Virus record (IMG/VR): IMGVR_UViG_3300033463_000005
Coordinates: 194,510 to 258,509 of that record
Length of the DNA stretch: 64,000 bases
From: a virus
Taxonomy: Duplodnaviria; Caudoviricetes
Reading direction: 5' to 3' (one strand)
Shown here piece by piece: positions 47,178-56,500 of this stretch. Both the position numbers and the translations under genes were made by a program. Position 1 is the first letter of the stretch. Every line of letters begins with the position of its first letter. A model generated the notes under the pieces. The model was given only the letters and a program-made list of their open reading frames with translations. It had not been told where the DNA came from and searched no databases.

Positions 47178-49418
47178 ATGCCCGATAAAAATGATTGTTT
47201 TTCTTCGGTTATGAAAGAAATAAACAACCCATACAAAGCATGTGTGGATAAAATCTACACAATGATCGAGGACACAATTTGGTTGTCTTTAAACCGGGAG
47301 AAAGCACTGTATTCAATGTACTACCCTGATGAAACATCAACTGGTAGAAAGACTGAATTTACCATGAGAAAGAGTGATAAACAATTCGGTCTATATCGGA
47401 CAAATGATTATGTCGCTGGCATAATCGATGTATGGAATGGAAGTAAGGTTCATATTCCATACACGTATACCGTAAAACCGGATGACCATATTTCCATCCA
47501 AAGATGGAACACATATGATCATGAAAATGGCATTTCAAAATGCCACATTCAGTGTTTAATCAATGATGTGAATGCCAAATTATTGGAGCATTTCAGTAAA
47601 TTGTTGATTAAACCTGCACGGTGTACAACATTCGATGATGTATGGAATACAGTCATTTCATATATCAGTAAGTATTGTTCGCGGTCGATCACATGGATGA
47701 AACTGGAATCGACCAAGAATGACGAACGTACCCGAATCACAATTTCGGAACAGTATCGGAATGTTGACAAGCACATTGATGTCATGACAATCAGTGTCAT
47801 TGATCGAGATCTGCTTATGACAATTCCGGCTGTTGAAGTTGTCAGCACATATGGAGCAGAATATTACAAACAGATTCTGCAGTTTGCTGGTCAACTATCT
47901 CGGATTCTTTGTGACTGTCAAGATGAAGGGATTATCAAGAAACCGGATGCCGACATCAATATGACGATGGGGATAATTCGGATGTGTTGTGTGGTGCCTG
48001 GATGTAGCTGGATTACGATCACACAAAATCCAAAACTTGCAATTGTAAAATGTGGCGGTGTCGAAATGCTTCGACACGATATAATTGATAGGGACAATAT
48101 TATCACAACAATCACAGAAGAAGCATTTTGCGATGAAATACATCTTGGAACGGTATATCGGTTGATCAATCATTTGATATGTTCATTTGGATATACTCAT
48201 ATTAAATTTGACATGTCCACTGTCAACTATCAAAAGATATATGAGTTCATTCATACGTATTTATATCAGCATCTATCGAATTCCGATCTTTGCAAGTATT
48301 GTGCAGTATGTGATACGGATATGTCTACAATTATATTTGATGAACGTGATATTCCAAAAAAGGAATTATTGCGAATCCAATATACAGATATCGGATTGAA
48401 ACTGATTCTTTGTTCGGATTTAAAAACACCTCTCCGAGTAAATACAAATTGGAAGATCAAACACATACTTCCAATTTTGAGAGAATTCTGGGAATATTCC
48501 AAATATCCAGAACCAGTTGTCACCAGTGAAGAAATCGGTTATCCCGATGATATAACGGAGGAAAAGAAAATGAAAACTACAATCACAAAGGAATTCATGC
48601 AAAAAGAATTCCTGAAACTGTGCGGAATTATTCAGAATGAAATTCAACCGATATTGAATGATGTCGCCCTGCTGGGTGGCGATTGGGCTAATGCTGGTAC
48701 TGCGGGATTGATGTGTTGGAGTGTGTATCATGCCGCGTCGTATCGGAATCGGAATATCGGTGCCCGCCTATTAAATGATGATACTTTGGCAGTGTGGAGT
48801 GGTGAAAAACACAACCATGTCATAGAAATCAGATTTTCAACAGACTATACACATGGCTTTTATATTCGGATTGATGATCTGAAACGTCATCAAATGCATG
48901 AACCGATCACTGCTAATTTCTTCGAGACTTTATATGACAAATGCATTAATGCGTTTGACGACGATCTGTGGGAAGAAATTGGTTATCCAAATGATATAAA
49001 GCCTGATATTGATGAATCCGATGACATGTATAAACTATGGCAGTACTTCGGTAAGACCTATTTACGTGATCCAAAACTAAAAACATTTCTTCCATATGCA
49101 CCATCCTTTGAAAATGTAGATCGTCTGGTATTCAATGGACCGGCGACAATTGTCTATTGGAAGGATGGCACAATGACAGTTGTCAAAGCTACAAAGGGTG
49201 AGACAATTGATCCCGAAAAGGGATTCGCAATGGCAGCACTCAAGAAGGTAAATGGCAATACTGCCAATTACATGAGAAAGCTGTCAAAGCTTTTTAAGAA
49301 AGCAGAAATCATCGAACCCACAAGGAAGAAGAAGGCCAAGAAGAAGAACACCGATATTGTAACAACTGCCAAAACACCGAAGAAAACAACCAAGCAGAAG
49401 GTTGAGCCAAAAGGGTGA
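47178..49418 (+). CDS. large hypothetical protein with conserved C-terminal phage domain
   Basis: 746-aa ORF; FNGPATIVYWKDGTMTVVK...DPEKGFAMAALKK domain; internal repeat EEIGYP(D/N)DI. Confidence 0.8.
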   Translation: MPDKNDCFSSVMKEINNPYKACVDKIYTMIEDTIWLSLNREKALYSMYYPDETSTGRKTEFTMRKSDKQFGLYRTNDYVAGIIDVWNGSKVHIPYTYTVKPDDHISIQRWNTYDHENGISKCHIQCLINDVNAKLLEHFSKLLIKPARCTTFDDVWNTVISYISKYCSRSITWMKLESTKNDERTRITISEQYRNVDKHIDVMTISVIDRDLLMTIPAVEVVSTYGAEYYKQILQFAGQLSRILCDCQDEGIIKKPDADINMTMGIIRMCCVVPGCSWITITQNPKLAIVKCGGVEMLRHDIIDRDNIITTITEEAFCDEIHLGTVYRLINHLICSFGYTHIKFDMSTVNYQKIYEFIHTYLYQHLSNSDLCKYCAVCDTDMSTIIFDERDIPKKELLRIQYTDIGLKLILCSDLKTPLRVNTNWKIKHILPILREFWEYSKYPEPVVTSEEIGYPDDITEEKKMKTTITKEFMQKEFLKLCGIIQNEIQPILNDVALLGGDWANAGTAGLMCWSVYHAASYRNRNIGARLLNDDTLAVWSGEKHNHVIEIRFSTDYTHGFYIRIDDLKRHQMHEPITANFFETLYDKCINAFDDDLWEEIGYPNDIKPDIDESDDMYKLWQYFGKTYLRDPKLKTFLPYAPSFENVDRLVFNGPATIVYWKDGTMTVVKATKGETIDPEKGFAMAALKKVNGNTANYMRKLSKLFKKAEIIEPTRKKKAKKKNTDIVTTAKTPKKTTKQKVEPKG

Positions 49419-49479
49419 ACGAACCAATATTTTAGAAGAGTTTCAAAATGGGTGCCATATGGCACCCATTCTCTTCGTT

Positions 49480-50590
49480 GTAAAGTATAAGTATTGGTCT
49501 TGTATGAATCTGTGCTGATATGTACTGGTAGAGTAGGGTTATGTGGCGAGGTGTAGATGATTCGTCGTGTAACGTCTAGGTTTGGTATGCCATGATCATG
49601 TCATCCGCGTCCAGGTACGGTCAGGCTTCACATGTTAACGTGATACAATGCATCGGTGAAGTCCTGTAATGTTTAGCTGTGATGATTGTAATGGATTCGT
49701 CATGCAACGCCAAGGCAAAGTGTTATGATGATTAGTGACAGACGGTGTCGGTGAAGTGCGGCGAGGAAGCGTATGATTTCGCATGGGTTTGACAAGGTGG
49801 AGGAATGTGGAACAACGCGTTGGTTTTGTTTGGTTTAGTAATGCAAAGGCAACGTGGGGCTGGGTTTGGTTTGATTCGGTTTGGTAACGGCCTAGATAGG
49901 TTATGTCTCGTATGTCGGTGTTCCGGTGCAGTCCAGCAGAGCAGTGTCAGCACTGTCCTGGTATCGTGTGGCAACTCGAAGTTACGATATGATTCGCGAT
50001 TGTAAGGCAAGGTATGATGATGCTTTGGCAAAGAGAAGCGATGTCGGATCTCGTGGGGTTTTGTGCCGGTGAGGCGTCGTTTAGTTTCACACCGTGTCGG
50101 TACTGAAAAGTTAGACTATGTAGCGGCATAGTCATACGATGTTTGGGCTGTGTTTATCAGTGTGCTGGTTCTGCAAAGTAAAGTGGTGTCCTGTATGGTG
50201 TTGGTGATGTGCAGAATAGTGATGTTTCGGCGTTGTAAGGCTGTGCGGAACATCGTGTTGGTACAGTGTCGAAGGCTTGTGTTGTGTCGGTGTGGTGTTG
50301 TGACATCTCATATCGTAGCGTGGGGTATGGTGTATCCTAGTTTGTATAGGCACCGTACTCTCCCGTTTCATACCGCGAAGTTATGTGATGGCGCCGTAAT
50401 GTCAAACTACGTGGCGTCCGGTCCTGGCAAAGCTCACTCTTGTGCAGTAAAGGTTTGGCACTGTCATATTGAGTGCTGTGCTGGCAACGTACCATTCTGC
50501 ATCATATCGTGTTGGTATGGTGACGATGCGTTGCGTACAGTTGCACAAGGTTACGCCGAGGTAAATCATGGCCTAATTATGCAATGACCG
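49480..50590 (+). repeat. non-coding pentamer-periodic array 2
   Basis: e.g. 49856-49885 GGGGC TGGGT TTGGT TTGAT TCGGT TTGGT; 50287-50331 TCGGT GTGGT GTTGT GACAT CTCAT ATCGT AGCGT GGGGT ATGGT; GGYRAAGY-like anchors. Confidence 0.82.
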
Positions 50591-50646
50591 CAAACCAACA
50601 AAATATTTCGCAGAGTATCACAACTATAAGATACTCTGCGAAATAT

Positions 50647-50728
50647 GTCTGCATGGCGAAATTGGCAGACGCGTAGGATTTAGGTTCCTATGTCGAAAGA
50701 CGTCTCGGTTCAAATCCGAGTGCAGACA
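50647..50728 (+). tRNA. tRNA-Leu(TAG)
   Basis: GTCTGCA/TGCAGAC acceptor, TAGGA-TTTAGGT-TCCTA, long variable arm. Confidence 0.9.
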
Positions 50729-50735
50729 CTCATAT

Positions 50736-50768
50736 GCCGCTGTGGCGAAATTGGTAGCACATGACAGA
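50736..50768 (+). pseudogene. 5' half of interrupted tRNA-Leu(TAA)
   Basis: GCCGCTG-TGGCGAAATTGGTAG...ACAGA; pairs with the 3' half at 51417-51467. Confidence 0.75.
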
Positions 50769-50782
50769 AAGGAGGTGATAAC

Positions 50783-51328
50783 GTGAATAATTATGATGAT
50801 ACAAATTTATATGCAATTTTTGATGCATTTATGAAATATGGTGATTTTTATCCACATGAGATACCAGGATTTCCTGGCTATTATATCAATAGATTTGGAA
50901 TTATGTTTGATAAAAATAGAAATGAAATTGAACCATACCAATATCCAAATCAATATAAAATGGTATATTTAACTGATCAATACGGGAATCATCGTGTTTT
51001 TGGAATCCATCAACTTGTTGCAATGACATTTGATCCAGATTGGTTTCCAGGTTGTATTGTCCATCATATAGATGGAAACAAATACAACAATAATGATTGG
51101 AATTTAGAATGTATGAGTCGTGCACAACATACATCAATGCATAATCCATTACGTTATATTGATAAAATCGAGACATGTGATATTTGTGGTAAAAAATTTA
51201 TATGGAAAGCAAGCACTCAACAATATTATTATTCCGATATAAAGCGTGGTGTTCATCGTATTAAAACATGCTCACCAAGTTGTCAGTCATATGCTGGTCG
51301 AATGACACAACTAGGTCGAGCATATTAA
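50783..51328 (+). CDS. HNH homing endonuclease (NUMOD4-HNH)
   Basis: IPGFPGYYINRFG, IHQLVAMTF, VHHIDGNKYNNNDWNLE, C-terminal Zn motif. Confidence 0.9.
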   Translation: MNNYDDTNLYAIFDAFMKYGDFYPHEIPGFPGYYINRFGIMFDKNRNEIEPYQYPNQYKMVYLTDQYGNHRVFGIHQLVAMTFDPDWFPGCIVHHIDGNKYNNNDWNLECMSRAQHTSMHNPLRYIDKIETCDICGKKFIWKASTQQYYYSDIKRGVHRIKTCSPSCQSYAGRMTQLGRAY

Positions 51329-51334
51329 ATATTT

Positions 51335-51416
51335 GGCCCCGTATTCGAATAGGCAGAGAAGACGAACTTAAAATTCGTTGTCGTAAGACGTGTGGGTTCA
51401 AGTCCCATCGGGGCTA
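51335..51416 (+). tRNA. tRNA-Leu(TAA)
   Basis: GGCCCCG/CGGGGCT acceptor, ACGAA-CTTAAAA-TTCGT, variable arm. Confidence 0.85.
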
Positions 51417-51467
51417 TTAAAATCTGTTGCCGGATACGGCGTACCGGTTCAAATCCGGTCAGCGGCA
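51417..51467 (+). pseudogene. 3' half of interrupted tRNA-Leu(TAA)
   Basis: TTAAAA-TCTGT-variable arm-ACCGG-TTCAAAT-CCGGT-CAGCGGC-A. Confidence 0.75.
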
Positions 51468-51475
51468 TTCTCATT

Positions 51476-51509
51476 GGGCTTGTAGCGCAGTCGGTTAGCA
51501 CTACCGCCT
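51476..51509 (+). pseudogene. 5' half of interrupted tRNA (Ile-like)
   Basis: GGGCTTG-TAGCGCAGTCGGTTAGCAC-T-ACCGC-CT; pairs with 52122-52158. Confidence 0.7.
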
Positions 51510-51525
51510 ATATAGCATACTCAAT

Positions 51526-51598
51526 GGGTCGATAGCATAAAGGTAAGTGCCCCTGTCTCATAAACAGTATTATCCGGGTTCGAATCCCGGTCGACCCA
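51526..51598 (+). tRNA. tRNA-Met/Ile2(CAT)
   Basis: GGGTCGA/TCGACCC acceptor, CTGT-CTCATAA-ACAG, CCGGG-TTCGAAT-CCCGG. Confidence 0.82.
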
Positions 51599-51632
51599 TA
51601 CTAATTATTTCTAATATAATGGAGGTTACATC

Positions 51633-52109
51633 ATGAATAATTTAGACACAAACGTGACCGGATTACTAACAGAAATGCAAGTTCAACGAGAATTCATAAA
51701 ACGCGGTTTTGGAGTTTCTGTTCCATTAAACCCATCTGAGCGATATGACTTAATCGTTGACGCATTTGGTGGATTATTCAAAGTCCAAGTAAAAACAGCA
51801 ATTGATCTCGAATCAGATGATGGTTTTATGATATATACATCATCTGTTCACAAAAAACATGGTGTGTGGGACAGAAAATGTTATGACGAAAATGAGGTTG
51901 ATTTGTTTGCAACCGTACATAATGACACTGTTTACGTTATCCCATATCCCGATGCCGGAACAATGTCACAGATAACACTTAGAACAAAACCAACCAAAAA
52001 TGGTCAAGAGATTAATATTCATTATGCTGATCACTATGAATTGGATAACGTAATAGGCAGATGGAATAATTTAACTGATTCTAATAAGCAACAACTGCTT
52101 ATTGAATAA
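51633..52109 (+). CDS. PD-(D/E)XK homing-type endonuclease
   Basis: G..TE...FIKRG..VSVP....RYDLIVD......VQVKT...Y...EVDLFA pattern. Confidence 0.85.
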   Translation: MNNLDTNVTGLLTEMQVQREFIKRGFGVSVPLNPSERYDLIVDAFGGLFKVQVKTAIDLESDDGFMIYTSSVHKKHGVWDRKCYDENEVDLFATVHNDTVYVIPYPDAGTMSQITLRTKPTKNGQEINIHYADHYELDNVIGRWNNLTDSNKQQLLIE

Positions 52110-52121
52110 GGGCTCGCTGGA

Positions 52122-52158
52122 AAGCGGTTGGTCCTGGGTTCGAGTCCCAGCGAGCCCA
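52122..52158 (+). pseudogene. 3' half of interrupted tRNA (Ile-like)
   Basis: AA-GCGGT-TGGTC-CTGGG-TTCGAGT-CCCAG-CGAGCCC-A. Confidence 0.7.
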
Positions 52159-52210
52159 TCATGTAATATATTTTCAACGGTATATTACATATGAATATAG
52201 AAATGAATAT

Positions 52211-52296
52211 GCCTGAATGTCCGAGCGGTCGAAGGAGGCGGTCTTGAAAACCGTTAGACGAAAGTCTCGTGGGTTCGAATCCTACTTCAGGCGCCA
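52211..52296 (+). tRNA. tRNA-Ser(TGA)
   Basis: GCCTGAA/TTCAGGC acceptor, GCGGT-CTTGAAA-ACCGT, variable arm, G73, CCA. Confidence 0.92.
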
Positions 52297-52664
52297 CTTG
52301 CGGGTATTCATTTCGTTGTCCTTTCAAAATTAAACCTTATAATCCGTGTGGTTTACAAGTGGAGATTTCTCCATGGAGGTTTACACACCTCGAACTTTCC
52401 CGTATGTGCACATACGGTTGATATACCAAAACCGGTTGGTTGATACCATAGATGATCACTATGGTGCGGTATTATTAATAAACATTGAATCCGCTTAATA
52501 TCCCACAAACCATCGATGTGACTCGGAAACGAAAGGATCCATACAAGAACTTTATGAACATATTGTGCCGTTCATGAAGAGGTTAATCCGGACACGACTT
52601 CTATCGATAATTGCCCCATAGTTTTCGGTCTATGGGGAATCAATATAAACATGGAGGAATGAAT

Positions 52665-52853
52665 ATGACAACAAATTCAACAAAAACAACCGTCAAAGGT
52701 GGAGTATCGTTTCTCGAATTACTACAGCTTGCATTGATTGTTTTGAAGTTGTGTAAAATCATTACATGGAGTTGGTGGTGGGTGTTAGCACCGACTTGGA
52801 TTCCAATTCTGATTCTGATATTGGTTGTAATCGTTGTTATGAAACAAAAATGA
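52665..52853 (+). CDS. small membrane protein
   Basis: GGVSFLELLQLALIVLKLCKIITWSWWWVLAPTWIP motif, GGAGG RBS. Confidence 0.75.
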   Translation: MTTNSTKTTVKGGVSFLELLQLALIVLKLCKIITWSWWWVLAPTWIPILILILVVIVVMKQK

Positions 52854-52974
52854 TAATTGATGGTGGTGGTCATCCTGTGACGGTACAAATGTAGACCTTG
52901 CGTACGAAGTCATCTACTGTATTCGTGACAAAGTATGTGTGATATGGGTGTATTCAATTCCATCACCACATTAT

Positions 52975-53047
52975 GCTGGATTAGCTCAGTTGGTAGAGCG
53001 GCTGATTTGTAATCAGCAGGTCGGGGGTTCAAGTCCGTCATCCAGCT
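52975..53047 (+). tRNA. tRNA-Thr(TGT)
   Basis: GCTGGAT/ATCCAGC acceptor, GCTGA-TTTGTAA-TCAGC. Confidence 0.92.
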
Positions 53048-53051
53048 TCAA

Positions 53052-53373
53052 CCTGTGTTGAGCATATCTCAACCAAACGATCTAATGGTATGGGTTACAG
53101 TTTCAACGAGGTTACCATATCGAAAAAAAAAGGGTTCCAGGATGGGGTCCCTGGAAGCTGTATTCAGTCGCGAATGGTACGGCCGATGTTTAGGGAGGCA
53201 AGCATACAAACCTTCCACTCGTGGTGAAAGAGACGGGTTTCACTCATGGGGATTGATCACCCTGTGTAGATAGCTTTGATCATCCTATATAAGCCGGCTT
53301 GACGGGGTCGTAGTGTATCAGATGCTCGCGGTGAGGGAACAACCGCCAGCCAATCAACCAGATACATCCGTCA
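53052..53373 (+). ncRNA. unknown structured RNA between tRNA-Thr and tRNA-Gln
   Basis: GC-rich, multiple helices (GTTGAG/CTCAAC, TTCCAGG/CCTGGAA, TGACGG/CCGTCA, TGTATC/GATACA); no credible ORF. Confidence 0.45.
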
Positions 53374-53381
53374 TTTTTGGG

Positions 53382-53456
53382 TGGGGTATCGCCAAGTGGA
53401 AAGGCGCCAGACTTTGACTCTGGTATTCGTAGGTTCAAATCCTGCTACCCCAACCA
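53382..53456 (+). tRNA. tRNA-Gln(TTG)
   Basis: TGGGGTA/TACCCCA acceptor, CCAGA-CTTTGAC-TCTGG, CCA. Confidence 0.92.
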
Positions 53457-53502
53457 ATCACATGGGTTTGGCATACCATGTGGTACTTCCTGTAAATGAG
53501 TT

Positions 53503-53524
53503 GTGGGGCGCATATGCGCCCCAC
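53503..53524. terminator. GC palindromic hairpin between convergent units
   Basis: GTGGGGCGC-ATAT-GCGCCCCAC. Confidence 0.65.
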
Positions 53525-53542
53525 TCTCATCACTCTTATTTT

Positions 53543-56500
53543 TTATACATTATTCCAGTTACCGGTCTCCCGATTATAAATCTTCAATTCTGTTTCATCT
53601 TCTTGTGTTTTGTCGTTGATGATCAATGTTTTGTAATTCACGATTTTACCCATATCATTTTCAACATTCCCAATATTCACCAAATCGGATCCACGTAAAA
53701 TTTGCATTTTTGTTGGTGTGAATTCATTTTGGTTTTCATCAATTCCGCGCAGTTTGAATTGATGTGTTTCCGGGAACACCAATCTCCATGAACCGTGTGG
53801 TTGATGTGTTGGGATGGAACCGATTATGAGATCTTGCATTGGGACATATTTTGATGTGTATGGTTGTGTTTGTGTCGTAACATCAAATGGTGAATTAACC
53901 ATGATATTGAATAACAATCTTCCATCAGAATCAACCAATGTTACAGTACCATGTGTTGATGTTGTGATTTCGACATCACTCCATGTGAGTGTTTCTTTTT
54001 TGATGTATAATTCACGTGTATCCGCGTTCATATAATACTTCTCATGTGTTGTTGATGTTGGTTCAAACATCCAAACCATCGGGCCAAGTTGGTCCACACA
54101 CCACGTGACGGTTGTTTGTGGATTTGTATGAACGTATCTGGTATCTACATATTCGGATGGAAGCAATGATGTGTCTGATTGTGACATCAGATTATTTAAT
54201 GAACGACGAATGATTCCACATGTGAATTGTTTATCCGCCATATCATTCGACAACCACTTCCATACCAGATATGAATCATACTGGTCCAACTTTGCATCTT
54301 CAACTGCTTTGATGACACCGTTCGTATTGTGCTGTTCTGCAGTCAATGTAACAAATCCATGACAATAGAATTTATTAATGTCAACCGGCGTTCTCACATC
54401 ATCCGGAATGAGCAACGGGATGGTATCTTGTGAAATGACATTGATTGAAGTTGCGGATGCAAATGATTTGATATTGATCGTTGTGTTGTCTTGTAATTTT
54501 GATACAGTGAATTCTCTGACAGATGGCAGGAAGGAATTGATATATGCATCACGAGGTGTCACATCGCCATCTTTTCGGATTGTGTCGGAATTATTTGCAT
54601 ATGCAATTTGTTCGATCTTCTCCCATGTACCAACAGCACCAGAAACACGATATTGATATAACCAAATACCATCCGATTCTTTTACCAATGCACATAATCC
54701 TTTGACAACATTTCCTTTGACTGGCAACAGTTGATCAAAGTTTTGAATCATAAATGACAATTTCAAGCCACGTCCGGTTGAATTACCAATCGGAGATGTG
54801 CCATATGGGACTGTCATGCCATAATTCGGATCATACAAATCAAAGTTCGACAAATTGATTTGTGTATGTGCATCAGATGGTGCAATTGTAACATCTGTGA
54901 CACCACCATTTTCATCTACCGCATTCACAATATAATTGAATGCAAAACCACCGATGACAACAATACCGACATCTGAAACGACATAATCAGTACCATGGTT
55001 TGAGATTTGATGTAATGTGACATTTTGTGGATCGACAAATGGATTCAAATTTGAAAGCTCTCTGAAATCATTATGCGCATACAAATCAACACGTTGCAGA
55101 TTTTCAAATGAATCAAAGATATATGCATTCGATTGTGTTTCCGAATCTTCCGTATAAATCGGATCACCATTCACATCGACATGTGTTGGACGAACCCATT
55201 TATCACGTGTACCATTATACAGATAATCCTTGTCGTCTGCGGTAAAACTCGCATATGACCGAATATATTTTTTGTCAACAACCGATGTTGGTGCCAATCC
55301 GGAAATATTCGTTAACTGCATAACGGATGTTGGTATATCACAAATACGAGCCAATGTTCTTGCAGGTTTTGGGAATTCTGCAGTTGCATTGTTCTCATAT
55401 TTAATATCATCATTCGATAACAGATAAACACGTCCGATTGACAGCGCGTTTGTCTCATCTGTTCCTGGATACAAACGATCTTTACCAGGATCGAAAATCA
55501 ATCCGGCGATTTGTCGTGTCGATTGATCTTCTGGTTGATATGTCGGGGTATTATGCAACGCATAAATTGACATATGTTGAGCAACACCGTTGGCTTCATC
55601 ATTCTGAATCCATTCAGGTAATCCTTCCAGATTCTGAATATCATGTGGATATCTTGGTTCACCTTCATCTGTATGAGAAGATTTCATCTGCATACCGACA
55701 AAACCCGCATCTGTTGTATTCGGTTCAAACGCGATTGATTGATCCAATTGAATATCAAATGCCGGTTTCAATGGATTGTGATATTCATACAAATTTGATT
55801 CGAATGTTTCAACCGGAATGATATACATTCCGGAATCCGCATCATATGTCCAACCAACATTCTGCGTCATCGTGATAATGTTATCACCATTCATGTTGAT
55901 TCCGATATTATGCGTATCATCCGTTGAATAGAATTCGATTGTTCCGATTGGCTTTGTAAAATCGGTATTATTTTGATCAAATGTGCCGGACACCGGTGCA
56001 CAACGAATCACCCAATCTGTCAAATCTCCGGATGGAACAGACCCCAATCTTGTACCAGTGCATGGATACACATTCACTTGATATCGGGTTTTATTGCCTG
56101 CATGTCCAATCTCCAATAATCTGGAATGATCATACAAATGATCCGAATCTTGTGATGGATCGTACATGTCGATATTTGTGAATGTTACGGATGGTCCTTG
56201 ATTTGTTGCATTCGATGTAAACCAGAAGAATGGTAAACCGATCATATTTGAATCTGCAAATAGATCTGAATACATGATCAATTCATTGGATGCATATTTT
56301 CGTTGAATTGGAAATGGTTGTAAATTCGATTCCGCTGGATAATAATATCTTGGATCCAATGATGACTGATGTGAATCCGGATCAGTCCAATCCAATCCCG
56401 CTTGTTCTCCATCATCAAATTCATCGATGTCATTGATACACCACAAACGCGGTGGTGTATTGGTTTTATACCATTTATATGAATACACGTTTGATGAATC

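Noticed and set aside
49732-50587. ORFs inside array 2 (49732-50031, 50132-50371, 50150-50587)
   Set aside because: Shadow translations of the periodic G/T-rich sequence with no RBS or protein-like composition.
50769-52121. Group I introns in the two split tRNAs
   Set aside because: The inserts are almost fully occupied by an ORF plus an intact tRNA, leaving no room for a P3-P7 catalytic core.
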